A DNA stretch of 64,000 bases, taken from the NCBI GenBank assembly GCA_963765575.1, contig CAVXWZ010000002.1, positions 320,001 through 384,000 on the forward strand, written 5' to 3'. How positions within the stretch are numbered: position 1 is the stretch's first letter; every line of letters begins with the position of its first letter. Positions 8,332-18,572 of this stretch are shown piece by piece. The notes under the pieces were generated by a model. It searched no databases. It was not told the DNA's origin and saw nothing but the letters and a program-made list of their open reading frames with translations. This DNA is from an uncultured cyanobacterium (GTDB lineage Bacteria; Cyanobacteriota; Cyanobacteriia; PCC-6307; Cyanobiaceae). The position numbers were made by a program, and so were the translations under genes.

Positions 8332-9445
8332 CCGCTCTCCATACAGCCCGCGCAATCCCGCCTCACTCGCCGCCGCCACACCCCGCTCGGTGATCAGGCC
8401 GCTCACCAGCCGCGCCGGTGTCACGTCGAAGGCCGGGTTGAAGGCGTCGCTGCCCTCCGGTGTGAGCCGCACGCCGGTGATCGCCCCATCGGCGCCTACG
8501 CCCTGGATATGGGTCACCTCCTCGGCGCTGCGGGCCTCGATCGGGATCTCCGCCAGCCCATCACGGATCGACCAGTCGATCGTGGAGCCCGGCAGCGCCA
8601 CATAGAAGGGCACGCCGTTGTCGTGGGCGGCCAGGGCCTTGAGGTAGGTGCCGATCTTGTTGCACACGTCGCCGCTGCGGGTGGTGCGATCGCTGCCCAC
8701 GATGACGGCGTCCACCAAGCCGTGCTGCATCAGGTGGCCGCCGGCGTTGTCGGCGATCACCGTGTGCGGCACCCCCTCCCGCCCCAGCTCCCAGGCGGTG
8801 AGGCTGGCGCCCTGGTTGCGCGGCCGCGTCTCATCCACCCACACGTGCACGGCCAGGCCGGCGCGGTGGGCCTTGTAGATCGGTGCCAGGGCCGTGCCCC
8901 AGTCCACCGTGGCGATCCAGCCGGCATTGCAGTGGGTGAGCACGTTCAGGGGCTCGCCCTGGCGCTGCGGCGGCCGCGGCGGCGGCCAGCTCCTGCAGGA
9001 TCAGGCGCAGGCCGTGCTCACCGATCGCCGCGCCCATGGCCACGTCCTCGTCGGCGATCGCTGCCGCCTCGGCCCGGGCCGCCGCGGCCCGCTGCGGCCG
9101 GTGGCAGCGGCGCCACCCGGGCGCGCACCCGCTCCAGCGCCCAGCGCAGGTTCACCGCCGTGGGGCGGGTGGCGTCGAGCTGCTCGAACGCCGCCCTGCC
9201 AGCGCAGCGTCGCAGGGGTCGGCCTGCAGCGCCAGCATCAGCCCGTAGGCGCCGGTGACACCGATCAGCGGCGCCCCCCGCACCACCATCGTGCGGATCG
9301 CCTCGGCCGCCTCGTCGCAGCTAGCGCAGGGTGCGGGTGGCGAAGCGGTGCGGCAGCAGGGTCTGGTCGATCACCCCGATCCGAGCGAAGCACGCCCCTC
9401 CGGCTCCAGCCAGATCGTGCGCCAGGGCTTGCCGTCGATGTTCAT
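8326..9445 (-). pseudogene. mtnA: S-methyl-5-thioribose-1-phosphate isomerase, frameshifted in its 5' half (real or sequencing error)
   Basis: [68 protein letters not shown] recovered across five frame breaks. Confidence 0.85.
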
Positions 9446-9520
9446 GGTGAGGTGAGGTGAGCGGGGTCGCCCGCCGGGTGGGGGTTCCGATCATCTCTGG
9501 CCTGTCATCCCTGGCCCAGC

Positions 9521-10066
9521 TCAGATCGGCCGGTAGCCGAACCAGTCCGGCACCTGGGGCTGGCTGAGGCCCTGCGGGTGGGGCTCCAGCGTCACCTGCC
9601 AGCCCTCGCCACCCGCAAGCTCCAGCTGCTCCAGGGCCAAACAGTCATCCACGGCCCAGAGGTCGTCCTTGTGCTGCTGCAGCGCGCCACGCAGCCACTG
9701 GCGCTTGGCCGCCGCCTTGGCCGCCTGGGCTGAGCGGGCCACCACCAGGCCGAAGTGGTGGAGCTCCGCCAGGGAATCGGGGCGGTAGGCGCCCAGATTC
9801 ACGAACCAGAGCTGCTCGCTCCGGGGCGCGCCGGGCTGGCGCCGCAGGCTCACCGCCCAGCCGTCCACCGCCCGCACCCCCATCCAGGCGTCCAGGTGCA
9901 AACCCCCGCGCCTGCCAAACCACTGCCGCCGCAGCTCCGGGATCGCCGCCTCGATCGAGGCCGCCGCCACGAAGCGCACGTCGTGCAGCTCGATGTGGCA
10001 ACCGGGCGCGCGACCGCCCAGCACCGCCAGGAACAACAGCGGGGCTGGCGGTTCAGACGTGATCAT
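9521..10066 (-). CDS. DUF1543 domain protein
   Basis: LFLAVLGG..IELHDVRFV, LHLDAW, LWFVNLGAY, ELHHFGLVVA, HKDD. Confidence 0.8.
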   Translation of the reverse strand: MITSEPPAPLLFLAVLGGRAPGCHIELHDVRFVAAASIEAAIPELRRQWFGRRGGLHLDAWMGVRAVDGWAVSLRRQPGAPRSEQLWFVNLGAYRPDSLAELHHFGLVVARSAQAAKAAAKRQWLRGALQQHKDDLWAVDDCLALEQLELAGGEGWQVTLEPHPQGLSQPQVPDWFGYRPI

Positions 10067-10159
10067 CGGTGGCGAGGACTCCACCCCAGCCAACCAGAAC
10101 CAGGGGCGCCGTGGGTCCGTTGGCGTCAGGCTGGGGCAGCCCCCCGCCTGCTCCAGCCC

Positions 10160-11095
10160 ATGGCCCCGCCGCTCGCCGAGATGCCCGCCCTTGGGCTGGG
10201 CACCTGGAAAGCCGCCCCCGGCGAGGTGGGCGCGGCGGTGCGCTCGGCCCTGCGCCTCGGCTATCGCCACATCGACTGCGCCGCCATCTACGGCAACGAG
10301 GTCGAGATCGGCACCGCCCTGCACAGCGCCCTCGGGCAGGGCGAGCTGCAGCGCGAGCAACTCTGGATCACCTCCAAGCTCTGGAACGACTGCCATGCCC
10401 CCGACCAGGTGCGCCCCGCCCTGGAGCGCAGCCTCGCCGATCTGCAGCTCTCCCACCTCGACCTCTACCTGATCCACTGGCCGCTGGCGCACCGCCACGG
10501 GGTGCTGATGCCCAGCGTCGCCACCGACCAGATCCCCCTCGCGCAGCTGCCGCTGCATCGCACCTGGGCCGCCCTGGAGGAGCTGGTGGATGCGGGGCTG
10601 GTGCGGCGGATCGGGGTGTCCAACTGCAGCGCCGCCAAGCTCGCCGAGCTGCTGCCCCATTGCCGCATCCGACCGGCGGTGAACCAGGTGGAACGCCACC
10701 CCTGGCTGCAGCAGCGCGAGTTGCTGGCCTTCTGCCGCCAGCAGGGCATCGCCATCACCGCCTATTCGCCCCTGGGATCACCAACCGGCAGCGCACCCGC
10801 CCCCCTGCTCAGCGATCCGGTGGTCACCGCCATCGCCGCGGCCCACGGCGTCAGCGCCGCCCAGGTGCTGCTGGCCTGGGGGATCGCCTGCGGCACCTGT
10901 GTGATTCCCAAGTCGGTGAACCCTGAGCGGCAGGCGGCCAACCTCCAGGCGGCCAGCAGCCCGCAGCTCAGCCCTGCCGAGATGGAGCGGATCGCCGGCC
11001 TCGATCGCCAGCACCGCTTCGTGGACGGCAGCTTCTGGGAGCTGCCCGGCGGCCCCTACACCCGCGCCAACATCTGGGATGAACCCGCCACCTGA
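10160..11095 (+). CDS. Aldo/keto reductase
   Basis: LGLGTWK, GYRHIDCAAIYGNE, TSKLWN, LDLYLIHWP, IGVSN, IPKS. Confidence 0.93.
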   Translation: MAPPLAEMPALGLGTWKAAPGEVGAAVRSALRLGYRHIDCAAIYGNEVEIGTALHSALGQGELQREQLWITSKLWNDCHAPDQVRPALERSLADLQLSHLDLYLIHWPLAHRHGVLMPSVATDQIPLAQLPLHRTWAALEELVDAGLVRRIGVSNCSAAKLAELLPHCRIRPAVNQVERHPWLQQRELLAFCRQQGIAITAYSPLGSPTGSAPAPLLSDPVVTAIAAAHGVSAAQVLLAWGIACGTCVIPKSVNPERQAANLQAASSPQLSPAEMERIAGLDRQHRFVDGSFWELPGGPYTRANIWDEPAT

Positions 11096-11117
11096 GCCGC
11101 CCCCCGCCACCGGCACC

Positions 11118-12338
11118 ATGCCCAGCCCCCTCCCGCTCCCAGCTGCCGCCGCCTGCGCCAGGGCCCTGGCGGCTGGGCTGGCCGCCCTGCTGCTGTTGCC
11201 GGGCTGCTCCCGCGCCCAACCACCGACCCCCGCCGCCGCCGGCGCCGACGCCGCGCCGGTGGCCGCCGCTGTGCGCCCCACCCTGGTGGTGGGCGGCCTT
11301 CAGCATCCCTGGGGCATGGCCTGGCTGCCGGATGGGGCCCTGCTGATCACGGAACGGCCCGGGCGGCTGCGGATCGTGCGCGACGGCATCCTCGACCCCA
11401 GGTCCTTGGCCGGCGTTCCGCAGGTGCTGGCCGAGGGCCAGGGCGGCCTGCTGGATGTGAGCGTGCACCCGCGCTTCGCCGCCAACCCCTTCATCTACCT
11501 CACCTACGCCGAGGGCACAGCGGCAGCCAACCGCACCGTGCTGGCCCGGGCCCGCTTCGACGGTGAGGCTCTGGTCGATCTGGAGGTGCTGTTCACGGTG
11601 CCGCAGACCAAATCGGGCACCCAGCACTTCGGCTCACGGATGCTCTGGCTGCCCGACGACACCCTGCTGGTGAGCATCGGCGATGGCGGCAACCCGCCGC
11701 TCAGCCTCGCGGGGGGCCTGATCCGCGAGCAGGCCCAAAACCCCGCCAGCGCCCTGGGCAAGATCCTGCGTGTCCATGACGACGGCAGCATCCCCGATGA
11801 CAACCCCTTCAGCGGCGACCCCGAGGCCCACCCCGCCCTCTGGAGCCTGGGGCACCGCAACATCCAGGGAATGGCCATCGATCCGGGCGGCGCTGGCCTC
11901 TGGGCCAGTGAGCACGGCGCCCGCGGCGGCGACGAGCTCAACCGGCTCCAGCCCGGGGCCAACTACGGCTGGCCCCAGGTGACCCACAGCCGCGAGTACT
12001 TCGGTCCGGCGATCTCGGCCCGGCGCAGTGCCCCGGGCTTCACGGATCCCATCCAGGTCTGGACGCCGGCGATCGCCCCCTCCGGGCTGGCCGTCGCCAG
12101 CGGCCGGCGGCAGCCCGAGTGGGCCGGCGACCTGTTCGCCGGTGGCCTGGTGTCGGCCGATGTGCGCCGCCTGCGGCTCGATGCCAGCGGCCGGGTGCTC
12201 AGCCAGGAGTCGATTGCGATCGGCGCACGGGTGCGCGATGTGCGCGAAGGGCCGGACGGGTGGATCTACGTGCTCACCGACAGCCCAAGAGATGGCCAGC
12301 TGCTGCGCCTCGAACGGATGCCGGGATCTCAGGGCTGA
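11118..12338 (+). CDS. PQQ-dependent sugar dehydrogenase (glucose/sorbosone DH), probable lipoprotein
   Basis: LLLPGC lipobox; HPWGMAWLPDG, GQGGLLDV, HFGSR, GHRNIQG, EHGARGGDELN, NYGWP. Confidence 0.9.
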   Translation: MPSPLPLPAAAACARALAAGLAALLLLPGCSRAQPPTPAAAGADAAPVAAAVRPTLVVGGLQHPWGMAWLPDGALLITERPGRLRIVRDGILDPRSLAGVPQVLAEGQGGLLDVSVHPRFAANPFIYLTYAEGTAAANRTVLARARFDGEALVDLEVLFTVPQTKSGTQHFGSRMLWLPDDTLLVSIGDGGNPPLSLAGGLIREQAQNPASALGKILRVHDDGSIPDDNPFSGDPEAHPALWSLGHRNIQGMAIDPGGAGLWASEHGARGGDELNRLQPGANYGWPQVTHSREYFGPAISARRSAPGFTDPIQVWTPAIAPSGLAVASGRRQPEWAGDLFAGGLVSADVRRLRLDASGRVLSQESIAIGARVRDVREGPDGWIYVLTDSPRDGQLLRLERMPGSQG

Positions 12339-12724
12339 AGGCGCACGGGCGTCCCCACGGAGGTGCGCTCGAACAGCCAGCGGGCGGTGGCCCGGCTGAG
12401 ACGGATGCACCCGTGGCTGCGGGGCACCCCGAAGCACTGGCCGGCATCTTCCTGCCAGGGAGCCGGGTGCAGGCAATAGAGGTCGGTGCCGAGATTGCCA
12501 CCACCGAGACACATCACGTCGGCCACCGGCGCGGTGCGGAAGTCGCTGCCGACCAGCGGGGTGCGGGCGTATTTGCTGGCGATGCGGAACTCCCCCACCG
12601 GCGTGGGCGAGGCGGCCACACCGGTGGACACCGGTGCGCTGTAGATGGGCTGGGAACCACCGGCATAGGCATGCAGCCGCTGCTCGGAGAGATCGATCAG
12701 CAGCAGGGTAATCAGCTCCAGCAC
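12329..12724 (-). CDS. L,D-transpeptidase (YkuD) family protein
   Basis: IDLSEQRL, VSTG..TPVG, SHGCIRL. Confidence 0.85.
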   Translation of the reverse strand: MLELITLLLIDLSEQRLHAYAGGSQPIYSAPVSTGVAASPTPVGEFRIASKYARTPLVGSDFRTAPVADVMCLGGGNLGTDLYCLHPAPWQEDAGQCFGVPRSHGCIRLSRATARWLFERTSVGTPVRLQP

Positions 12725-12766
12725 AGCGCGATCAGCTCCAGCAAGGCAGGCCCACGGGCTTCCCGC

Positions 12767-14122
12767 TCAGCTGTGCTCGCGCAGGAAGCCGATGGTGCCC
12801 TCCAGCTCCTCGGCGAAGCGATCGATCTCTTCGGGGGTGGTGGTGAAGCTGAGGCTGGCCCGGGCCGAGCCGGAAAGGCCATACAGGCGGTGCAGGGGCT
12901 GGGTGCAGTGGTGGCCGCTGCGGATGCAGATGCCGGCCGAATCGAGCAGGGCGGCGATGTCGTTGGCGTGCAGCCCATCGACGGTGAAGGCGGCCAGGGC
13001 GCCGCGGTGCGGCTGCTGCTCAGGCGTGGGGCCCAGCACGTTCACCCCCTCGATGGCCTGCAGGCGCTCAAACAGACGGCGGGTGAGCCCCTGCTCCCAG
13101 GCATGGATGCGCTCCAGGCCGATGGCCTCGAGATAATCGAGGGCCGCTCCCATGCCGATCGCCTCACCAATGGCCGGGGTGCCGGCTTCAAACTTGTGGG
13201 GCAGCTCAGCCCAGCTGCTGTGGTCCAGAAACACGTCCTGAATCATTTCGCCGCCGCCCAGAAACGGCGGCATCGCCTCCAGCAGGGCCTCCCGGCCCCA
13301 GAGAAAGCCCATGCCGGTGGGGCCGCAGAGCTTGTGGGAGCTGCCCACGAGAAAATCACAGCCCAGCTCGTCCACCTTCACGGGCATGTGCGGCAGGCTC
13401 TGGCAGGCATCCACCAGCACCAGGGCACCGAGGGCGTGGGCCAGGGGTGTGATCTCGGCGATCGGATTGCGGCAGCCCAGGGTGTTGCTCACCTGCACCA
13501 GGCTCACCAGCCGGGTGCGCTCGTTGAGCTGGGCCCGCAGGTCATCGAGATCCAGTTCGCCGCTGGGGGTGAGGCCCACATGGCGCAGCACACAGCCGGT
13601 GCGGGCCGCCAACAGCTGCCAGGGCACCAGGTTGCTGTGGTGTTCCATCACCGAGAGCAGCACCTCGTCGCCCGGCCTGAGGTTGGCCTCGCCCCAGGTG
13701 CGGGCCACCAGGTTGATGGCCTCACTGGCATTGCGGGTGAAGACAATCTCGCGGGCGCTGGCGGCCCCCACGAAGCGGGCCACCTTCTCGCGTGCCCCCT
13801 CGAAGCCCTCGGTGGCCCGGGCACTGAGCTGGTGGGCGCCGCGATGGACGTTGGCGTTGTCGTGGGCGTAGTAGCGGTGCAGGGCCTCCAGCACCTGGTT
13901 GGGCTTCTGGCTGGTGGCCGCGTGATCCATGTAGATCAGCGGCTGGCCGAGGCAGGCGGTCTGCTCCAGCAGCGGGAAGTCGGGGCGGGTGAGGACCGCC
14001 AGGTTCTCCTCGCCCGCCGCCCTGCCGGCCCGCCCCAGTTGGGCCTGGGCAGCACCGGCGCCAGCTGGGGAATCCTTGCGCGGCTCGGACGGGGGGCGGA
14101 GGGCGGGAGTGGCGGCGGTCAT
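12767..14122 (-). CDS. sufS: Cysteine desulfurase SufS
   Basis: YMDHAATSQKP, ANVHRGAH, SSHKLCGPTG, RSGHHC. Confidence 0.95.
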   Translation of the reverse strand: MTAATPALRPPSEPRKDSPAGAGAAQAQLGRAGRAAGEENLAVLTRPDFPLLEQTACLGQPLIYMDHAATSQKPNQVLEALHRYYAHDNANVHRGAHQLSARATEGFEGAREKVARFVGAASAREIVFTRNASEAINLVARTWGEANLRPGDEVLLSVMEHHSNLVPWQLLAARTGCVLRHVGLTPSGELDLDDLRAQLNERTRLVSLVQVSNTLGCRNPIAEITPLAHALGALVLVDACQSLPHMPVKVDELGCDFLVGSSHKLCGPTGMGFLWGREALLEAMPPFLGGGEMIQDVFLDHSSWAELPHKFEAGTPAIGEAIGMGAALDYLEAIGLERIHAWEQGLTRRLFERLQAIEGVNVLGPTPEQQPHRGALAAFTVDGLHANDIAALLDSAGICIRSGHHCTQPLHRLYGLSGSARASLSFTTTPEEIDRFAEELEGTIGFLREHS

Positions 14123-14127
14123 GGTGA

Positions 14128-15279
14128 TCAGGCGTCCCCCAGCAGAGCGGTGATGGGATCGTGTCGACGAGCCCCGGCCGGCAACTCCTGCAGCACCTCC
14201 TCGCAGAAGGCACGCTGCAGCAGGAGCGCGGCCGTGGCGGAGTCGATCCCCCGGCTGCGAAGGTAGAAGAGTTCCTCGCTCTGCAGCTGGCTCACGGTGG
14301 CGCCGTGGGCGCATTTCACGTCGTCGGCAACGATCTCCAGCTCCGGTTTGGTGTCGATCCGGGCCCGATCCGAGAGCAGCAGGTTGCGGCTCAGCTGGGC
14401 GGCGTTGGTGCGCTGGGCGGCCCTGGGCACCTGCACGGCGCCATTGAACACGCTGCGCCCGGCACCATCAGCCACCGCCTTGTGCAGCTGATTGAGATCA
14501 CCATCGGGCCCGTCGAAGCGCACGCAGCTGTGGGTGTCGGCAATCTGGCGGCCATCCACCCGTTGCAGGGCCCGCAGCCAGGTGCTGGCGGCGCCCTGCT
14601 CCTGCACGATGCGGGGCTCGTGACGGGCCAGTGCCCAGCCGCTGGACACCGTCGTGGCCCGCAGCTCACTGCCCTCGGCCTGGCGTACCGCCAGGTGGTT
14701 GAACAGGCAGGCGTCGTCTTGAGCGATGGCCAGACAACCCAGGCGCAGCTGGGCTCCTGCCGCCAGCACCACTTCGCTCACCAAACTGAGCAGCTGCCGT
14801 TGGCCGGGAGCGGGGACGGGAACCTGCAGCAGCTCCAGCCGCGCCCCGGGCTCCAGCAGCAGCAGCAAACGCCAGGCCACCACACCAGCGCCGGCCGGAG
14901 CGGGCAGCGGCAGCTCCAGGCTGCCGGCATCACCCTCCACCTTGAGGGCCAGCAGGGCCGGCTGGGCGCCGCCATTGAGCAGCACCGGCCAGTGCTGCTG
15001 GCAGCCACAGGCAGCGAGGGCACTGCCCAGTTGGGGCTCAGAAGCGCCGAGCCGGGTGACGCCAGCGGGCAGGCTGAGCTCGGCCCAGGGATCGGCAGGC
15101 GGTCCCGAGGCAGCAGTGGCCAGCCCCGCAGGAATGGCACCCAGGGGCGAGAGGTCGGTGAAACGCCAGTCCTCCTGGCGGCGCGTGGGCAGTGGCGCGC
15201 CGGCCATGGCAGCCAGCCAGGCCAGGGCGGCCGAGCCCGACTCGGTGGCGACGGCGGTCGCGGCAGGGGCGGCCACCAT
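14128..15279 (-). CDS. sufD: Fe-S assembly protein SufD
   Basis: EDWRFTDL, QLSRNLLLS, DTKPELEIVADDVKCAHGAT. Confidence 0.93.
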   Translation of the reverse strand: MVAAPAATAVATESGSAALAWLAAMAGAPLPTRRQEDWRFTDLSPLGAIPAGLATAASGPPADPWAELSLPAGVTRLGASEPQLGSALAACGCQQHWPVLLNGGAQPALLALKVEGDAGSLELPLPAPAGAGVVAWRLLLLLEPGARLELLQVPVPAPGQRQLLSLVSEVVLAAGAQLRLGCLAIAQDDACLFNHLAVRQAEGSELRATTVSSGWALARHEPRIVQEQGAASTWLRALQRVDGRQIADTHSCVRFDGPDGDLNQLHKAVADGAGRSVFNGAVQVPRAAQRTNAAQLSRNLLLSDRARIDTKPELEIVADDVKCAHGATVSQLQSEELFYLRSRGIDSATAALLLQRAFCEEVLQELPAGARRHDPITALLGDA

Positions 15280-16094
15280 CAGGCCACCTCCGCCGGCTGG
15301 CGTCCGGGCTTGCCCTCAAGCCTGGCGACCTCCTCATCCACCCAGTCGTAGCCACTGCGCTCGAGCTCCAGGGCCAGCTCCTTGCCGCCGCTGCGCAGGA
15401 TGCGACCGGCCGCCATCACATGCACGTAGTCGGGCGTGATCAGATCGAGCAGTCGTTGGTAGTGGGTGATCAGCAGGGTGGCGTTGTCGGGGCCGGAGAG
15501 ATGGTTCACACCGGCGGCCACCACCCGCAGGGCGTCGATATCAAGACCGGAATCGGTTTCATCGAGAATCGCCACCAGGGGCTCAAGCAGGGCCATCTGC
15601 AGAATCTCGTTGCGCTTTTTCTCACCACCGCTGAAGCCCTCGTTCACCGAGCGCTCCAGAAAGGCGGGATCCATCTGCACCAAGGCAAGGCGCTCGCGCA
15701 CCAGATCCTCGAAGGCAAAGGTGTCGAGTTCCTCCTCTCCGCGTTCGCCGCGGCGAGCATTGGTGGCCACCCGCAGGAATTCCAGGTTGCTGACACCGGG
15801 GATCTCCACGGGATACTGGAAACCGAGAAAGAGTCCGATCCGTGAGCGTTGTTCGGGTTCGAGCTCCAGCAGGTTGTCACCCCTGTACAGCACCCTGCCA
15901 CCGGTGACGGCATAGGCGGGGTGGCCCGCGAGCACTTTGGACAAGGTGCTCTTGCCGCTGCCATTGCGACCCATCACGGCATGGATCTCGCCGGCGCGAA
16001 TGCTGAGGTTCACCCCCTTGAGGATGGGCTGCTCCTCCACGCAGGCATGCAGGTCATGAATCTCGAGCAGAACCGGTGCGTCCGGACGTATCAC
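15279..16094 (-). CDS. sufC: Fe-S assembly ATPase SufC
   Basis: [40 protein letters not shown]. Confidence 0.96.
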   Translation of the reverse strand: MIRPDAPVLLEIHDLHACVEEQPILKGVNLSIRAGEIHAVMGRNGSGKSTLSKVLAGHPAYAVTGGRVLYRGDNLLELEPEQRSRIGLFLGFQYPVEIPGVSNLEFLRVATNARRGERGEEELDTFAFEDLVRERLALVQMDPAFLERSVNEGFSGGEKKRNEILQMALLEPLVAILDETDSGLDIDALRVVAAGVNHLSGPDNATLLITHYQRLLDLITPDYVHVMAAGRILRSGGKELALELERSGYDWVDEEVARLEGKPGRQPAEVA

Positions 16095-16200
16095 GGCAGA
16101 AAGGGATGGGGAACGAAAAAGCGGGCCAGTGGTCTGGGCAGGGCTGAACGGGGCTGGGTCGATGATCTGGAGGCCGGCGCAGCGGCAAGCGGCGGGACGC

Positions 16201-17643
16201 TCAGCCCACGGAACCCTCGAGCTTGAGGGCGAGCAACTTGTCGGCCTCGGCGGCGAACTCCATGGGCAGTTGGTTGAAGACGTCACGGCAGAAACCGCTG
16301 ACCATCATCGAAATCGCCTCTTCAAAGCCGATGCCGCGGCTCTGCAGATAGAAGAGCTGATCGGCGGAAATGCGGCAGGTGCTGGCCTCATGCTCGACGC
16401 TGGCCTGGGGCTGCTGCGAGCGAATGTAGGGATAGGTGTTGGCCGCAGCCTGATCACCGATCAGCATCGAGTCGCACTGGCTGTAGTTGCGGGCACCCAC
16501 CGCCTTGGGGCCGATCTGCACCAGGCCGCGGTAGCTGTTGGCTGAGTGACCGGCGCTGATTCCCTTGCTCACGATCGTGGAGCGGGTGCGGGGGCCCACA
16601 TGCACCATCTTGGTGCCCGTATCAGCCTGCTGGCGGTTGTTGGTGAGGGCTACGGAGTAGAACTCACCCACTGAATCAGCCCCCTGAAGCACGCAGCTGG
16701 GGTATTTCCAGGTGATGGCCGAACCGGTTTCCACCTGGGTCCAGCTGATCCGGCTGCGGTCGCCACGACAGTGGCCGCGTTTGGTCACGAAATTGTAGAT
16801 ACCACCGACACCATTTTCATCACCGGCGTACCAGTTCTGAACAGTGGAGTACTTGATCGAGGCATCCTCCAAGGCCACCAGTTCCACCACGGCCGCATGC
16901 AGCTGGTTGGTATCGAACATCGGTGCTGTGCAACCCTCGAGATAGCTCACCGTGGAGCCCTCTTCAGCAATGATGAGCGTGCGCTCAAACTGACCGGTAT
17001 CGCCAGAATTGATGCGGAAGTAGGTGGAGAGCTCCATCGGGCAGGCCACGCCCTTGGGGATGAAGACGAAGGAGCCGTCGCTGAACACGGCGGAATTGAG
17101 CGCCGAAAAATAGTTGTCGTTTCCCGGCACCACGCTGCCCAGATAACGCTCCACCAGCTCCGGATAGTCCTTCACGGCTTCGCTGATGGAGCAGAAGATC
17201 ACGCCATGCTCCGCCAGCTGTTCACGGAAGGTGGTGGCAATGGAAACACTGTCGAACACCGCATCAACGGCCACATTGGAGAGCCGCTTCTGCTCATTCA
17301 GCGGGATGCCGAGCTTGTCGAAGGTTTCCAGCAGTTTGGGATCAACTTCATCCAGGCTGGTCTTTTTCTCCTGCTGCTTGGGTGCTGCGTAATAGATGAT
17401 CTCCTGATAATCAATGGCCGGATAGCCCAGGGTGGCCCAGTCGGGTTCCTCCATCTGGAGCCATTGCCGGTAGGCCCGCAGGCGGAAATCGAGCAGGAAG
17501 GCCGGTTCATCCTTCATGGAGGAGATGAGGCGAACGACCTCCTCACTCAGCCCCTTGGCGATCTTGTCTGTTTCGATGTCGGTGACAAAGCCGTACTTGT
17601 ACGGCTGGGAAACCAGATCACTAACGGTGGCTGTGCTGCTCAT
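16201..17643 (-). CDS. sufB: Fe-S assembly protein SufB
   Basis: [41 protein letters not shown]. Confidence 0.97.
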   Translation of the reverse strand: MSSTATVSDLVSQPYKYGFVTDIETDKIAKGLSEEVVRLISSMKDEPAFLLDFRLRAYRQWLQMEEPDWATLGYPAIDYQEIIYYAAPKQQEKKTSLDEVDPKLLETFDKLGIPLNEQKRLSNVAVDAVFDSVSIATTFREQLAEHGVIFCSISEAVKDYPELVERYLGSVVPGNDNYFSALNSAVFSDGSFVFIPKGVACPMELSTYFRINSGDTGQFERTLIIAEEGSTVSYLEGCTAPMFDTNQLHAAVVELVALEDASIKYSTVQNWYAGDENGVGGIYNFVTKRGHCRGDRSRISWTQVETGSAITWKYPSCVLQGADSVGEFYSVALTNNRQQADTGTKMVHVGPRTRSTIVSKGISAGHSANSYRGLVQIGPKAVGARNYSQCDSMLIGDQAAANTYPYIRSQQPQASVEHEASTCRISADQLFYLQSRGIGFEEAISMMVSGFCRDVFNQLPMEFAAEADKLLALKLEGSVG

Positions 17644-17683
17644 GGTGGAGGGGTGAAGCGGTGATGGAGGGCGCAAAAGAGGC

Positions 17684-18085
17684 TCAGCCGCCGGCAATGG
17701 CGGCCTGGATCTCTTCGTCGGTGATGGTCTGCTTCTCGCCGCGGAAAGGGTTGTCCTCGGTGAGGAAGAGCATGCAGTGGCATTCCTTGCGCTCCCGCAT
17801 GGGCACACAGGGGCAGTTCCAGAAAGCTTGAGAGACCTCGGCCTCCTTGTCCTCGTAGTGGCGGCAGGGGCATAGGGCTCCTCCGAGCTCCTCCTTGTGC
17901 CGCGCCAACCCTTCGAGCACCACCGCCGTGACGCCGGGATCACTGCAGAAGTACGTGCCCGTGCGCTGGGCATAGGTCTCGGCGAACTTCTTGATCACCG
18001 CGAGACTTTCAGCGCTCGGCGAGGAACTGGCGGCAGCTCCGGCGTCGCTGGTGGAATTGGCGCTGGTGGCGTTGGTGTCGGGCAT
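17684..18085 (-). CDS. ftrC: Ferredoxin-thioredoxin reductase catalytic subunit
   Basis: [22 protein letters not shown]. Confidence 0.95.
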   Translation of the reverse strand: MPDTNATSANSTSDAGAAASSSPSAESLAVIKKFAETYAQRTGTYFCSDPGVTAVVLEGLARHKEELGGALCPCRHYEDKEAEVSQAFWNCPCVPMRERKECHCMLFLTEDNPFRGEKQTITDEEIQAAIAGG

Positions 18086-18382
18086 AGCGGCTGGAGATCG
18101 GCACAGCAGTGGGAAAAACCAACCCTGAGCGCTGCTGGACACCGATCATGGACCGGAAGCCGGGCTGGTTGGCGGGTGGCGACGGCGGTCCGGGACGGGC
18201 GGCAGAGGGGTCGCGATCCGGCGGCTCTTGATCCGTCAGCGTTGGCACAAGCTTCACAGCAGCGGCGGCACTGAGGTCCGTACTGAAGGGAGAGAGCCTT
18301 TACGGGCGGCGCCCGAAAGCGCGTCGCCGATGCAGCCGATGGGTCATGGATCGAGTCGCGCTGGCTCGCGCTGGTCGAGTTG

Positions 18383-18400
18383 CGAAACCATGGGGTTTCG
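18383..18400. promoter_or_regulatory. Candidate SufR operator
   Basis: Perfect inverted repeat CGAAAC-N6-GTTTCG between divergent sufR and ftrC-suf; next to TTGACA. Confidence 0.5.
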
Positions 18401-18572
18401 TTATTGACAACCCTAGGGCAAGGGTCCCGGAGTTGGGTCTGCGATCATTGTGGCGCTCCAGCCCCGGGCCGGCCGCCGCCGGCCCCTCGGGCCGCGGGGC
18501 CAGTCGCCGCCGCGGCAACGAATCCCCAACGGCCGCACCCGCGTGGCATGGTGAATTGGCCAGATTCGGGCC

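Noticed and set aside
9446..9460. (GGTGA)3 next to the mtnA start
   Set aside because: Too short to argue for phase variation and lies beside an error-prone stretch
12119..14266. Long antisense/alternate-frame ORFs (e.g. 715 aa here, 856 aa at 48087-50657, 644 aa at 41406-43340)
   Set aside because: Shadows of well-supported genes in high-GC DNA; no recognisable motifs
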